DNA from: Hormiphora californensis
Taxonomy: Eukaryota > Animalia > Ctenophora
Direction: 5' to 3'
DNA: 64,000 bases
Assembly: GCA_020137815.1 (NCBI GenBank)
Contig: CM035361.1
Span: forward strand, 5,766,001-5,830,000
Positions 10,042-24,024 of this stretch are shown here, piece by piece (the first letter of the stretch is position 1; every line of letters starts with the position of its first letter). The notes beneath the pieces were generated by a model. The model did no database searches. It was not told where the DNA came from and was given only the letters and a program-made list of their open reading frames with translations. A program made the translations under genes and the position numbers.

Positions 10042-12242
10042 GAGCTAGAGGGAGAGAGAGAGATAGAGATAGAGGGAGAAAGAGATAGAGGAGGAAAGAG
10101 TTATTCAGAATATTATGAAACGTATCCCATTGTCTGAGCTCTGACAGCTTAGCTGGGCCCAGATCTGTTCACAAATTGGGTAAGGTTCGAATCAAGCTCA
10201 TTGGTTATTCAAATTCTTCTCACAGTTGAATCCACCACCTTCTCTTGGCCGGGTGTGGAGAGGAAAGTGATATAAAACTTTTCTCTCTTACACACAATAC
10301 CAATGTAGCTGAACGTTCCCATCCACCTTTCTCTAAGTCTAACAGTCAAAGCGCTCATTACGATTACTGCAATTAACTGTATTGGGGCGCGGGGGAGGTG
10401 CAACAGCACAAGCAATTAACTGTACCTGATGTGGTTCAGAACCAGAACCCCATGTTATCAGTAGTCCGTCATTTGAAGATGATACCAACAGCTTAGCCTC
10501 GTGCCTAGAGATACAATAAAGAGGTGTAATACAGTCTAACCTCGTGCCTAGAATCAATAAAGGGGTGTAATACAGTCTCGTACTCTCGTGCCTAGAATCA
10601 ATAAAGAGGTGTAATACAGTCTAACCTCGTGCCTAGAATCAATAAAGGGGGGTAATACAGTCTAACCTCGAAATCACACCGGTCATTGGAATGGAAAAAG
10701 CTAAAGGATCAAGACTTATCTCGATTAAAAACTCAAAGCAGAAATCAATTATTGGTTACCAATTATCGGTAATTACTGTTAATTACTGACCAGTAGTAAA
10801 GGCATGTTATCCACCCATGATGTCTGAGCAAGTTCTGAACTGTTTTCCCTGACTCCGCCTCCCAGACTCGAATACTACCATCCTCACACCCTGTGTAAAG
10901 AGACTAGTGTTCTAGTTAGGATGGGGATATGTTGACAACAACAATTTGAATTTGTCAGACTTTTTATAAATCTCCCAAATTATATTTCCCCCATTATATT
11001 ATAATTTAATTATTGCTCCACGACGTCACGTCTAGTGGCTTGCTCGGCCATGTCTCGCCACGCCCCGGGGATTGAACAAGTCTGGTGGCTTGCTATTCAA
11101 TTTTACAAAATATACTTTCACGGTCGCTTGTAGTGGGAAAACGGTAATGGAAAACGAAGATACAGTAAGACGACGCACAACCGTGACCAATCAGGGCGCT
11201 AGTACGTGCTGACACATGAACTTTTTGCCGCGCGTTATGCACCGTGCGCGTCTCCTTACTGTATTTTGCGTTACCGTATTTTGACTGCAAGCAGCACTGT
11301 TTGTATACAGTCGGACCCCGATTTAGGGACACCCTCGGGGGAAAGGCTCTTGTCCACTAAATCGGGGTGTCCACTAAATCGGGGTCAAATAAGGTTAATT
11401 TCCGATATCGGGGAAAAAAATCCTGTCCCTAAATCGGGGTGCCACTAAATCGGGGGCCCCTAAATCGGGGTCCGACTGTACTACTTTATAATTAAGCAGA
11501 AAGCTACCAGACATGACGTAATGAAAGTCTGGTCAGAGCAATAATTGTGTATACCATTGACGGCCAATACCTTGACAATAATCAGGGTCCTGGGGCTATA
11601 CTAATTGTTTTGTTGGCCAGTCAGTTTACCCCCCCCCCATCACTTTGATCATTAGGCCTACACCCCCTGGCGGAGGGGGTATAATAATGGCTTCAATACC
11701 AGACTAATGATTCAGTCGGGTATTCCAAACTGCTGCAGGCCCCAGATTAGTCTCACACTCACATGATAATCGTTTTGACCAGGACCATCTATACATTGCT
11801 TAGAATTTGGTTCATTGAAAAAATATATGTTACTCTAAAAAAAGATTAACCAAAAAAGATTAACCGAAAAAAGATTGACCTAAAATCGGATTGACGAAAA
11901 ACAGATCCCGACTAAAATAAGAATAGACGACCCTGCCAAAACTACTGTAGATTCGAAACAAGATTGACCTAAATCGAATTGCTGAAACCATACCTCACGC
12001 ATACACCAAGTGAGCAATTATAATACCCACAAACAGACTCCCAAAACCAAGTCCCAATATAGACCCACCTGTAATGACCTCCCAAAACTAAGTTCCAATA
12101 TTATAGACCCACCTTATTTTGTACAAACTAACAGTCTAACTTGGCAAGACCCACCTGTAATGACTTCCCTGCGTAGAGGATTAAAAGTCAGGGCTGTGAT
12201 CGGTTTACTGTGCACTTCCTTGTGGATGGACTTTAGTTCCAT
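8688..12242 (-). CDS. WD40-repeat protein, 5' part; exons 12242-12155, 10890-10791, 10504-10426, 9869-9731, 9480-9296, 9039-8934, 8789-8688
   Basis: All GT-AG junctions keep frame: MELKSIHKEVHSKPITALTFNPLRREVITGCEDGSIRVWE...HHTDLVRSIVC..YTGSFDR...LSGSFDRSVKVW...FDPKSG; further 3' exons not identified. Confidence 0.88.
9872..10090. repeat. (GA)n microsatellite; others at 16921-17037, 17148-17290, 25697-25777, 40724-40848; (TA)n at 62919-62980
   Basis: Direct reading. Confidence 0.95.
10498..10670. repeat. ~43-bp tandem repeat containing the WD40 exon-3 splice acceptor
   Basis: CTCGTGCCTAGA.TCAATAAAG.GGTGTAATACAGTCTAAC, about 4 copies. Confidence 0.85.
11118..11240. repeat. Dispersed ~120-bp repeat TCACGGTCGCTTGTAGTGGG...; second copy ~24773-24896
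   Basis: Two near-identical copies 13.6 kb apart. Confidence 0.85.
11308..11478. mobile_element. Tc1/mariner-type MITE (CAGTCGGACCCCGATTTA TIR, TA TSD)
   Basis: TIRs CAGTCGGACCCCGATTTA / TAAATCGGGGTCCGACTG flanked by TA. Confidence 0.9.
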
Positions 12243-12444
12243 ATCCTTTATACCTCACCAGACACGTGGAACCTAAGACATAAGATCTGGAGATGTTAAA
12301 GGATCTGATATATTGAGTCAAGCTTCTATAGTTCTGGGTGTAAAGAGAGATCATATTGTGTACGACACAGTGGGTTACCGTCTAATAATTTAGACGGTCC
12401 TTGAACTGCAGAAAACCACATGAGACCCTGATCAAAGTCTGCAC

Positions 12445-13793
12445 CAGGAAGCGACCGAATATTCGGTTCGGTTCGGTTCGGTTCGGAAATTCGGTGTTTT
12501 TTGGGCGATTCGGTTCGGTTCGGTTCGGTAGGAAATTTTGGCCGAACCACCGAATTTTTTGATCAAAAAATGCCCAGAAATCGGGCTTTTTCATGCAAAA
12601 TTTTTCAATTATTTTACGAAAATTGTATGGATTTCAATGTCAATTTCGCCGTATTAACCCTATTTCGAATCGGTGGTGCTATGTGGAAATGATTTCGCTA
12701 GTTAGCGGGTTCGATATGGATTGATTTGATACCTGACTTCCCGTCGAATCGTGTCCTCATGAGAGGGTCAACAAATTCAGAAACTTTTTTTTCAAAAAAT
12801 TCATGGAGAGCACCGATCAGATCATTCTCTGAAATTTTGTAAAAAAGTTTGGAAAATATTTCAAAGTCAATTTTATGGAAAATTTTCTATGTCAATTTTT
12901 GCGTACGAATCGTGTTTCGAATCGGTATTGCTAAGCGGGAGTGATGTTGCTAATTAGTGGGTCCGAGATGGATTATGCTGATACGTGATCCCCCATCAAA
13001 TCTAATTAGGAAGTTTAGGGGAAACGATTCATGTTTCAATAAATCCTGCTAATTAGCGAGAGCACTGCCGCATAGCATCACCGATTCGCAACACGATTCG
13101 TACGGCAAAATTGACATAGATTTTTTTTCCCGAAATTGACTTTGAAATATTTTACAAAGTTTTTTCACAAAATTAAATGTTTCTCTAAAAATTCATGGAG
13201 AGCATCGATCAAGGTATTGAGAATCATTACCTGAAATTTTGTGAATTTTTTTTTGTGAAAAATATTTTAAGTAAATTATGGTATACGAATCGTGTTTCTA
13301 ATCGACAATGCTAAACGGGAGTGATGTTGGTAATTAGTGGGTCCGAGAGGCGAGATGGATTGTGCTGATACGTGATCCCCCATCAAATCTAATTAGGAAA
13401 TTTAGAGAGACACGATTCATGGTTCGTTTAATCCTGCTAATTAGCAATACCATTCCCGTATATAGCATTCCCGATTCGAAACACGATTCGTACGCAAAAA
13501 TTGACATAGAAAATTTACGATAAAATTGACTTTGAAAATTTTTTCACAAAATTGACTTTGAAATTTTTTCAAACATTTTTTAACAAAATTTCAGAGAATG
13601 ATTCTCAATACCTTGATCGGTGCTCTCCATGACTTTTTAGAAAAACATTTATACAGAAAAAGTTTTGTATGGTTCGGTTCGGTTCGGTTACCGAAATTCG
13701 GTTCGGTTCGGTTCGGTTCGGTTCGGTAAAAAAGTTTTTCAAATTCGGTTCGGTTCGGTTCGGTGGAAAAAAACCCGGTTCGGTCGTTTCCTG
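12445..13793. mobile_element. hAT-like non-autonomous element with (TTCGG)n subterminal arrays
   Basis: TIR CAGGAARCGACCGAA; 8-bp TSD GTCTGCAC at 12437-12444 and 13794-13801; internal inverted segments. Confidence 0.9.
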
Positions 13794-14247
13794 GTCTGCA
13801 CCCGACCCTTCGCTTAATGAGAGAGAATTTTAGTGTATACCTTAGGGTCAGATGCAGTTCACTAATTCAATAATTGTGAGTCAAAGTAAACGCAGTGTTC
13901 GTCACAGGTAAAAGAATCGTGCTGACAGATGAAACACAAAAACAGAGAATAACATTTCAACCAGTATCCATTCATAAATATTTCGTGACATGTAATTTAG
14001 GTTCAGAATATTATAATAAATAATGTCGTCATGGTCATTTAGGCTCAGAATACAATAAATAATGTCGTCATTTTAGTGCCAATAAATTGTTCAGCACACA
14101 CAGACAGATATTTAATATGCATGAGTTACAGCAAAGTTACAGCTGCGGTACATTAACACACAACTAGTTAGTGAATTGTAACATCAGGTTAAAATAGTAA
14201 GAATAATGTTTTAAAGAAATGAAATAAGAGATTAAAAAATTAGTTTT

Positions 14248-15358
14248 TTATACCACACTAACCAACCTAGATTGTGCAATCGGTTTATTGTACCCCACTA
14301 CGCTTTTCCCACAGCCATTTGCCACACTGGCGCTCCTGGACCCAGGTTTTGAGCCAATACCGATGGGAAACACCTCCGTGACACGGCTAGTCCGCGTCGA
14401 ATAAATACCACTAGCCATCCGTCCCATGGCCCAATCACGAAACCCCGTTATGCGAAAGAAATAGATAATTGGACTGATGGTCGCGTTGAAAACTACCATC
14501 TGGACCGCAGAGATATTGAACGTGTAGTAGTACATGAAGATCGTCCCATAAACCCCATTCCCTTCTTTAAAGTTGTTCGCATCAACATTCCACAGAGTCA
14601 AGTTTATTACATGAGGCATGTTTGTTAGAAGGAAGACCGCTGTGACAATTACAATTGTCACACTGGCGCTGTGTTTTGAGTTCGAACTTCCCGATGATGT
14701 CATGGCAACTAGAGTTGGTGAGAGTTTGAGGCTGTAGACGGAGAACACGAAACTAACCGATATCAAAATGGTTGGAACGCCTATTTCAAGTTCATACAAA
14801 ATATCATCTATTTTTCCGTAAATCTCCATCCCAGGTCGGAGGTCCTCGTAACAGTATCCGTCCCAAACGGTGTAAGAGGTGATCCTGTGCCCAACGGAAT
14901 GCCGCATTTTGAACGGCCAAAAAACCCATGTACCCTAAAATTAGGCCAGTGGCAGTTCGTCTGCGAAGGATAGTGAACGGTCTCATGATCACTAGTGCCC
15001 TGGTAACTGAGAGGATCATTACAAGGAATACGGAGAGGAGTTGGAGGCCTCGGAAAATCACCCTCCACGCTATACAGAGAGGCATTATTGAAAACAGTCC
15101 AGGGTCCCGGTTTGTGAGGAGGGAGAAAAGGACGGGGAAGTGTGCGATACAGGTGACCACATCCGTTACACAAATAGTGAGGTATAAAAGGGAGGGGAGA
15201 TCCCGGGTCCGGGTTATGTAGTAAAAGTAGTAGATCCCGAGGACATTTCCTGGAATTCCAATTGCTATGGCGGCGAAGAGGTTGAGAGATAGGATTCTAT
15301 CTCCGACGAATACCTCAAATGGGATAAGGTCCTCAACGGTAGTCAGCGTTCCGTTCAT
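14248..15358 (-). pseudogene. Rhodopsin-like (class A) GPCR, single coding exon with one frameshift near 14890-14910 (pseudogene or sequencing error)
   Basis: ORF 14804-15358 gives TM1 GIPGN, TM2 ICVTD, TM3 LSVTR, TM4; ORF 14248-14907 gives ECL2 C, TM5-7 and SPIIY (NPxxY-like). Confidence 0.85.
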
Positions 15359-15400
15359 GTCCTACCTAAAACATATTGTTTTCATTGAATTTTCAGTTAA

Positions 15401-16412
15401 GGCCAGAGGGGGGGGGGTCGACCGATTTTTGACCCCCATTTTGGGCCATTTTCGGGGTTACCATCATGTGATAGCGCTTGGCATACCGGACCAGATGGAT
15501 ATGACAAAAGGTGTTGTGCGCGAACGGTCTGGGAGAAAAATGGGGTTAACTTTTGGCCTGATATCAATGTAAACCCCATTATTTTAGGACTGGTAGTGTT
15601 TTGGACATTCAATTTAGTGCCAAACACTTCGTCTTATCAAGAGGAATCATTCTACAAATTTTTAGACCATAAGTCCAACTGGTCTTTGAATTATTTGGGG
15701 TTAACAGAATCTGGAAAAATCGACATTATGGCTCCCCTCTAAACCCCATTTTTGTACAGGACTAGCCAATTCCTGAAATAACGGCTAGGATCTAGACCTT
15801 GTCGTTTGGCACACTTGTTCTACAGACCTAGTAGTCTGAAACTGATGTAGCGATTTTTGATTTAGGTCCCCGTTCAAAAATTATGGAGGTTAACGTGGAT
15901 TTTTTCTCGATCAAAAATGTGTTAACCTCCATAATTTTTGAACGGGGACCTAAATCAAAAATCGCTACATCAGTTTCAGGCTACTAGGTCTGTAGAACAA
16001 GTGTGCCAAACGACAAGGTCTAGATCCTGGCCGTTATTTCAGGAATTGGCTAGTCCTGTGAAAAAATGGGGTTTAGAGGGGAGCCATAATGCCGATTTTT
16101 CCAGATTCTGTTAACCCCAAATAATTCAAAGACCAGTTGGACTTATGGTCTAAAAATTTGTAGAGTGATTCCTCTTGATAAGACGAAGTGTTTGGCACTA
16201 AATTGAATGTCCAAAACACTACCAGTCCTAAAATAATGGGGTTTACATTGATATCAGGCCAAAAGTTAACCCCATTTTTCTCCCAGACCGTTCGCGCACA
16301 ACACCTTTTGTCATATCCATCTGGTCCGGTATGCCAAGCGCTATCACATGATGGTAACCCCGAAAATGGCCCAAAATGGGGGTCAAAAATCGGTCGACCC
16401 CCCCCTCTGGCC
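15401..16412. mobile_element. TTAA-flanked foldback element, Kolobok-like (GGCCAGAGGGGG family)
   Basis: TTAA on both sides, GG..CC termini, ~495-bp near-perfect arms, ~25-bp spacer near 15900. Confidence 0.92.
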
Positions 16413-16917
16413 TTAACTATAAAGTACATAAATAATATTCATTTCAATCACGTTATAATGGGTAAAACAACAAGTGCGATATTCCAAAATGTAATTTGAT
16501 ATTTCAAAGCGTAGCTAAATATAAATTATAATATAAATATAAAGGGTCATCATACCAAACATGGTGTTCATTCAAACACGGTGTTCAAACTGCTGGTGGG
16601 CTTATAATTATAGGAAGCCACATAGAAAGTTGTGAAATTAGCAACTATGTATTATGTACCAGGGATATTGGGAGGGGGGGGGGTAGTGGCGAACATTTTG
16701 TGGAGAGGACGGCCCAGTGTCTCAACAACATTATGGTAATCTCAAAGGGGGATGTATAAAATATTATATGAAGCGACAAAGCTTCTTCTTCTTCTCTCGT
16801 TGATCAGGTACATGATACTACACGTGCCAGGTTCCCAATCAAGCGGCAGTGGTATTAACACGTCGCGTGGTGGTATAATTTCATATTTTATGCAGGCCAT
16901 CACGAGATAGAGGGGGG

Positions 16918-17040
<123 letters not shown>

Positions 17041-17224
17041 TGATTGCGAGACAAGCTGCACACGTGTGTGACTGATCTCTGAGGTGGGCAGGGACTTCTT
17101 AGCATCATACTAACAACTTGAATTCATCATTTCCTGCCAAATCTGTATCTCTCTCTCTCTATCTCTATTCTCTCCCTCTCTTTCTCTCTCTCTCTCTTTC
17201 TCTCTCTCTCTGTCTCACTCTCTC

Positions 17225-17262
<38 letters not shown>

Positions 17263-20229
17263 ACTCTCTCCCTCTTCTCTCTCTCTCCCTTTCTTGGCTA
17301 AGATGTGCAGGACAGTCCATTGTGTAATATGGATCGATCGGGCCTCTCATTACACAATAGGCAGTGATCGATGATGTATTTGGCTGTACAATGTGGGCCA
17401 TCAAGAAGCTAATGGCTAATCCCCGACTTGAGCAGCCCCTGTCTCTGAGCAATGCTCAGTGAACATATATATTATTAGACATGTTAATCACGTGCGTGTA
17501 AACTGTGAGGGTGGTCCGGGAACACTGGTCAACACAAAAGGCCAAAATCTACCAAGAGACTGTTAAATAATACATATCATGCAATGTGTCTGAAAGACAT
17601 GGACTACAACTCGTTCAGTCGATCAACTGAGTATAATGTGGGTAGCAAGTCAATTAGCCTAGATTTTTACGACCTTTATTTGCTCCCCTTAACCAATCAA
17701 ATTTCATTTACAGCATCTCTTGAAAATGATTGCATTGATGCCGAGTCCCGACCCCCCTGGCCTTAATGAATTGTGGGACACGTTCTTGGGCCCTGAATTG
17801 GACTTTTCATTTCATTTTTTTTCAAATCAAATCTTATCTAGGACAAAGTCGTGCCAATACAAAACAGAATCACGGTTGTACATGACCGAAAGATCTCTAA
17901 AATATATTATATTATATACAGTATATTTAAGAACAATTAAAAAAAAGGAATAGGCGAGAGAAAGAAATAGCTGAACTCAGAAACATTTAAACTTTCAAGC
18001 TCTCGAATAATGGCACAGTTCAGCGCTTTTCGTGTACATTTCTTGGATCGTGGAAAATATAAACACACAGTGAACTTTGAGATACGTGGTATAGATAAAT
18101 TGTACATACTTTAAATTGTACGTAGCACGAAGACACTGTCAAGTGTCAGGCAAGTGTCAGGCAAGTGTCAGGCAAGGCAAGTATGATACAAAGAAGATAT
18201 GATCATCTATGTATGTATGTAGAAGAATAAATTTATATTTTCCTTTTTTTCTAGAGTGTGTTACAGATAAACTTCCGGTTCCACGACAATCTGTCAAAAT
18301 GTGGGCTAAATCACTATGTAATTATGGTTCTGAATTAAAATACATAAAACTTGGGAGAAATAAATAACTATAGCTTCCTAGCAAGAATCTATATTCTACA
18401 TTCACTATGCGTGGTTGAAAGATCCTTATATCTGAAACCGCTGAAACCGCGAGAATTTGTACAACTTTACAAAAAGTGTAGAATCAAAATATTCACGGTT
18501 TCATTGTTGCATTTGGTCCGGAAAACCTCTCCCCACACTTGTTTGTGTACAATGATAGAGATCAATGGCAGACAAGCCTATATCATTACCAAATACCAAC
18601 ATCGAGATACTTTATAATACATTATGTATATGATATTCAAATAATATTTAATATTATAATGCATTAAATCAAAATATGCATTATATCAGATACTACACAA
18701 TCGGCAATGAATACATTATAATGTATTCATTCTCTAACATCAACCAATGGTTGTTGTTATTTGGGCCTAGATGGACATTATTCATTGAGGTACAGTTGAT
18801 ATATCAACCAGCTTGATATATACATAATAATCAGTCAATCAAAACTGTGGGCTTTATGAAGTCCCACGCCATGCCGTGAATTTATAAAAGGTCAAATATT
18901 TGAGTAGAATTGCCATTGAAGGATCTCGATTCTCGATGGACTTGATTAACGATGTACCGAAACCCTACAAATACTATCCAACGCAGTCCGGATATATCAA
19001 CCAAGGGTATAGGTAGTATCGAATACGTAATTCCATAATTATATACCGGTGCGTTAGAGAGAAAAAACAGAAGAGTTACAGGTACAGTGCCATAGTGGGA
19101 GATACTGACAGAGAGAGAGAGATACAGGGCTAGAGAGGTATAATAGTAGATCAGGGAGATACATTATGGCAAGAGGGAGCTGCAGACATAGAGGTGTAAC
19201 GGATAGAGCCGGGGTATATAGATAGCCTGATGTAACAAATTCCAGGTTCTCAGCCAATTAACGGTAAAATAATTAACAGAGTCCTATATGCGACACGTAG
19301 TACTAACACATTCAAGTGGCAGAGAGAAGCTGAACAACAAAATATATGAACAATACCTCTGGGTGTTAATTTGCATCGGAAATTGCTCCGATGCTGTTTG
19401 CATTATCACGATGCATTGATTTGTGTACAGAGCCCCCATTAGCAGAGGTGACAGAGGTGGTATTTCTTGAGCCTTTCATTACACTTATTATAGTTCAGTC
19501 AGAGGTGAAAATTGAACTGTGAAATGCCGCTATCTTTCTTGAAGGTGTAAATTTATTGTTCTGCTAATGTTGTTAATACTGTTATCAAAGCGATAGTCCG
19601 AGAATATACCAATGTTTGATTATTAAGTAAATTCAAAAGTCGGCAGGTCGGTAGAACTTCGACAGAATTTAGGGTAGGTTAATTTAGGGTAGGTCTGAAT
19701 TTAGGGTAGGTCTGAATTTAGGGTAGGTGAATTTAGGGTAGGTCTGAATTTAGGGTAGGTCTGTAACGTATCGTTTATCAAAGCATTGCAATTCGACATT
19801 AGGTTCTGATTAGGTCGCTGAACCGTGTCCCGTATCTCGTATCAACTCATTTCGATTCGATCTTAGTCACCGATTAGGTCGCTGAACCACGTCCCGTATC
19901 TCGTATCAACTCATTGAAATTCGAGGTTAGACACAAATTAGGTCCCTGAACCGCGTCCCGTATCTCCTATCAACTCATTGCAATTCGATCTTAGTCACCG
20001 ATTAGGTCGCTAAACCGCGTCCCGTATCTCGTATCAACTCATTGGAATTCGAGGTTAGACACAAATGAGGTGGCAAACGAATTTTTTTTCAGGTTTCAAC
20101 TCAGGATGGAACTCTTAAAGTCTACGTGCATAAACTAATAAGTGAGCAGTCAAACAGTTCTAATTTCATTTGATGCAATACAGAACACAGTCTACCGACC
20201 TATCACCTAACTCAGTTCACCTACTTTAA

Positions 20230-21620
20230 GGGTACGCTAACCAAAAATTTTTTTCGAGTGCAGGGAAATCTCTCACCGTAGGGTTGTAGGCCATGCCAAG
20301 GAGACCTCAAATATGCAATTTGAGCTCTCAAGTCGAATTCATATTTTTGCTACAGCTGTTTAAAAAATGTCCTGTAAATACGTTTTTGGCATCTCAAAAA
20401 AATTTTTTGAAAGATAGGAGCATGAAAATTTGGGGATTTGAAGAGGACATGAAGGTGAATAACCACAAAAATTTTTTTTGCAATCCGAGCTGATTTCCGG
20501 TCCTGAGATGGATTTCTTTTTTTCCACTTTAACGCCCTATTTGGCAAAGTTCCGAAAACATGTGAAAGCTGTAAATTGGTGAAAAGTTGCGTCTAACGAT
20601 TATCTAAGTGGCCATAAATTTTGGGCGCGTCCTTATTTGAGATAAGCTGTACAGAGTTTTTTTTCGTGAAAGCCGTCATTTCAGAAATAAATAAATCCCC
20701 TGTATCTCAAAAACGGCTGATCGTAGAGACCTGAGACTATGCTTAAACGATTCAGAAGGTCCGATTTTGGGGGGGTCTTCTGAGAGACATTTTGCTCCTA
20801 CTTCAACCGTTTTTGCTGTAATTGCGAAAAACAAATTCTATGAAAAGGGCAAAAGCTAAACTCCAATATCCTGTAATTAGGGAATTTTAGCTAAGAAAGG
20901 ACCGAAACTATGGAAAAATGTGTAACAAGCTAATTCCTTCACTATTTGGTCCATATGGGTCCCTATAATCACCAAAAACAAAATCACAAAAAATCCACGA
21001 TGGCGAAGATGGGTTTTTGTTTTTCGCAATTACAGCAAAAACGGTTGAAGTAGGAGCAAAATGTCTCTCAGAAGACCCCCCCAAAATCGGACCTTCTGAA
21101 TCGTTTAAGCATAGTCTCAGGTCTCTACGATCAGCCGTTTTTGAGATACAGGGGATTTATTTATTTCTGAAATGACGGCTTTCACGAAAAAAACTCTGTA
21201 CAGCTTATCTCAAATAAGGACGCACCCAAAATTTATGGCCACTTAGATAATCGTTAGACGCAACTTTTCACCAATTTACAGCTTTCACATGTTTTCGGAA
21301 CTTTGCCAAATAGGGCGTTAAAGTGGAAAAAAAGAAATCCATCTCAGGACCGGAAATCAGCTCGGATTGCAAAAAAAAATTTTGTGGTTATTCACCTTCA
21401 TGTCCTCTTCAAATCCCCAAATTTTCATGCTCCTATCTTTCAAAAAAATTTTTTGAGATGCCAAAAACTTATTTTCAGTTCATTTTTCAAGCAGCTGTAG
21501 CAAAAATATGAATTCGACTTGAGAGCTCAAATTGCATATTTGAGGTCTCCTTGGCATGGCCTACAACCCTACGGTGAGAGATTTCCCTGCACTCGAAAAA
21601 AATTTTTGGTTAGCGTACCC
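20230..21620. mobile_element. TTAA-flanked foldback element, Kolobok-like (GGGTACGC family)
   Basis: TTAA at 20226-20229 and 21621-21624; ~600-bp inverted arms. Confidence 0.92.
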
Positions 21621-21624
21621 TTAA

Positions 21625-22615
21625 GGCCAGAGGGGGGGGTCGACGGGTTTTTTGGGGTGTTTTTTGAGGTATACGTTATATGAAAGCGCTGGGCAAGGCG
21701 GATCGATTAGAACAGACGTCATCGATGTTGCGCGCACCGTTTGGCCAAAATTTGGGGGTTAACATTTGGCCTATAATGGATGTTAACCCCTATAAATCAG
21801 GATTGGTGGGGTCTAGAACATCCATCATTGTACCAAAGGCTTCGTCTTGTCTTGATACAACTTCCTGAAAAGTTTTATGTCGTTACTCCAACTACTTCTT
21901 GATTTTTTGGGGGTTTACAAAATATGCGGAAAAAGCCCTTTTTGCCTCTAATTTTGCTCTTTTTTGGGACATCCTGCCTAACTTCCTGAAATAACGGCTA
22001 GGACTCAGACCTTGTCGTTTGGCATAGTTGTTCTAGAGACCGTGTTCTTCAAATTTGGTGTAGCGATTTTTGATTAAGGCCCCCGTTCAAAAATTATAGG
22101 GGTTTACATAAAATTTTCATGGACAAAACAAATGTTAACCCCTATAATTTTTGAACGGGGGCCTTAATCAAAAATCGCTACACCAAATTTGAAGAACACG
22201 GTCTCTAGAACAACTATGCCAAACGGCAAGGTCTGAGTCCTAGCCGTTATTTCAGGAAGTTAGGCAGGATGTCCCATAAAAGAGCAAAATTAGAGGCAAA
22301 AAGGGCTTTTTCCGCATATTTTGTAAACCCCCAAAAATCAAGAAGTAGTTGGAGTAACGACATAAAACTTTTCAGGAAGTTGTATCAAGACAAGACGAAG
22401 CCTTTGGTACAATGATGGATGTTCTAGACCCCACCAATCCTGATTTATAGGGGTTAACATCCATTATAGGCCAAATGTTAACCCCCAAATTTTGGCCAAA
22501 CGGTGCGCGCAACATCGATGACGTCTGTTCTAATCGATCCGCCTTGCCCAGCGCTTTCATATAACGTATACCTCAAAAAACACCCCAAAAAACCCGTCGA
22601 CCCCCCCCTCTGGCC
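21625..22615. mobile_element. TTAA-flanked foldback element, diverged relative of 15401-16412
   Basis: GGCCAGAGGGGGGGGTCGAC termini, TTAA both sides, arms ~480 bp; mirrored identical ORFs 21680(+) and 22372(-). Confidence 0.92.
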
Positions 22616-24024
22616 TTAAGTAGTACTTAGTCTCGGTGACTAAGATGGAATTGCAATGAGTTGATACGAGATACGGGACGCGGTTCAGGGACCTAATTTG
22701 TGTCTAACCTCGAATTTCAATGAGTTGATACGAGATACGGGACGTGGTTCAGCGACCTAATCGGTAACTAAGATCGAATTGAAATGAGTTGATACGAGAT
22801 ACGTGTCGCGGTTCAGCGACCTAATCAGGATCTAATGTCGAATTGTAATGCTTTGATAAATGATACGTTACGGACCTACCCTAAATTCAGACCTACCCTA
22901 AATTCAGACCTACCCTAAATTCAGACCTGGTCTGAATTTAGGGTAGGTCTGAATTTAGGGTAGGTCTGAATTTAGGGTAGGTCTGAATTTAGGGTAGGTC
23001 CGTAGGTCTGACAGACCTACCCTAAATTCACCTACCCTAAATTCAGACCTACCCTAAATTCACCTACCCTAAATTCAGACCTACCCTAAATTGACCTACC
23101 CTAAATTCTGTCGAAGTTCTACCGACCTGCCCAAAAGTCAAAGGGTATTATAGTCTATATATCTTTCCCAATCATTGGACAAGCATGCAGTGCTTATAAT
23201 CTTCGATTCTAAGGCCTAAGCCACTCCGTACCGAGGTGCTAAACTTTCAGTAAAGGGGCCAGTCCTAAATCTATATTATCTGAAACCTAAATTAGAGGGT
23301 TTTGCTCTTATACAAATGTAAAGGAGGGTAAAGGAGGGTTAGAACATAACAAGTAGGCCCATTATATTCCCTCGTATAACGCACAATAAAATTAGACAAT
23401 AAATTATGAGGCACACGCTAGATATACACAATATAATACCATCTATAACTATTACTCATAATAGAGAGGGGAGTGTGTGCGTCGTTTGACAGATATATAA
23501 TTGAACTGTTTGACAGAACGTGACATTCATCCCCATTAATACAGGACCATTGGAGGACTGACAGCAATTAGATAGAGCAATGTTATACATAAACCGTATA
23601 TGTCTCAGATACACGCTTCCCAAACAATTTGGTTAGTTTTTAAGAGGAGTCGCCTGACACACGGTGTCCAAGCTTCACAAAGTATGAACAAGAGGAAGGT
23701 TGAACTGAAGATGAGACTAATATCAAGCGTGGCAACACATGAACTCTATAACTTCAAGGTTGAACTGTTTATACAGGAACACACAGAAACTAGAGGGTGA
23801 TGATAGGCAGCTCAGAGTCCAGCACTCTGAGAGGAAACACAAAGAAAGCCATGTGAGAGGGGAAAGAAAGGGAGTGTATAAATGGGGAGAAAAGAGAAAA
23901 GAATAAAAAGTGGAATCTTTCTTCAAAAGGGAGGGTTATAGATAGAGTAAAGACAACATATATTATATGCCAGGGAAAATTGTCAGGAAAGCCAGACGCC
24001 AAGACATTAGACAATATAACAAGG

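Larger units (their letters stand above)
19642..23131. mobile_element. Composite palindromic DNA element (GGCAGGTCGGTAG TIR, 8-bp TSD) with 17-bp and ~60-bp subterminal arrays
   Basis: TSD CAAAAGTC at 19634-19641 and 23132-23139; (TGAATTTAGGGTAGGTC)n inverted at both ends; degenerate related end at ~34975-35100. Confidence 0.9.
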
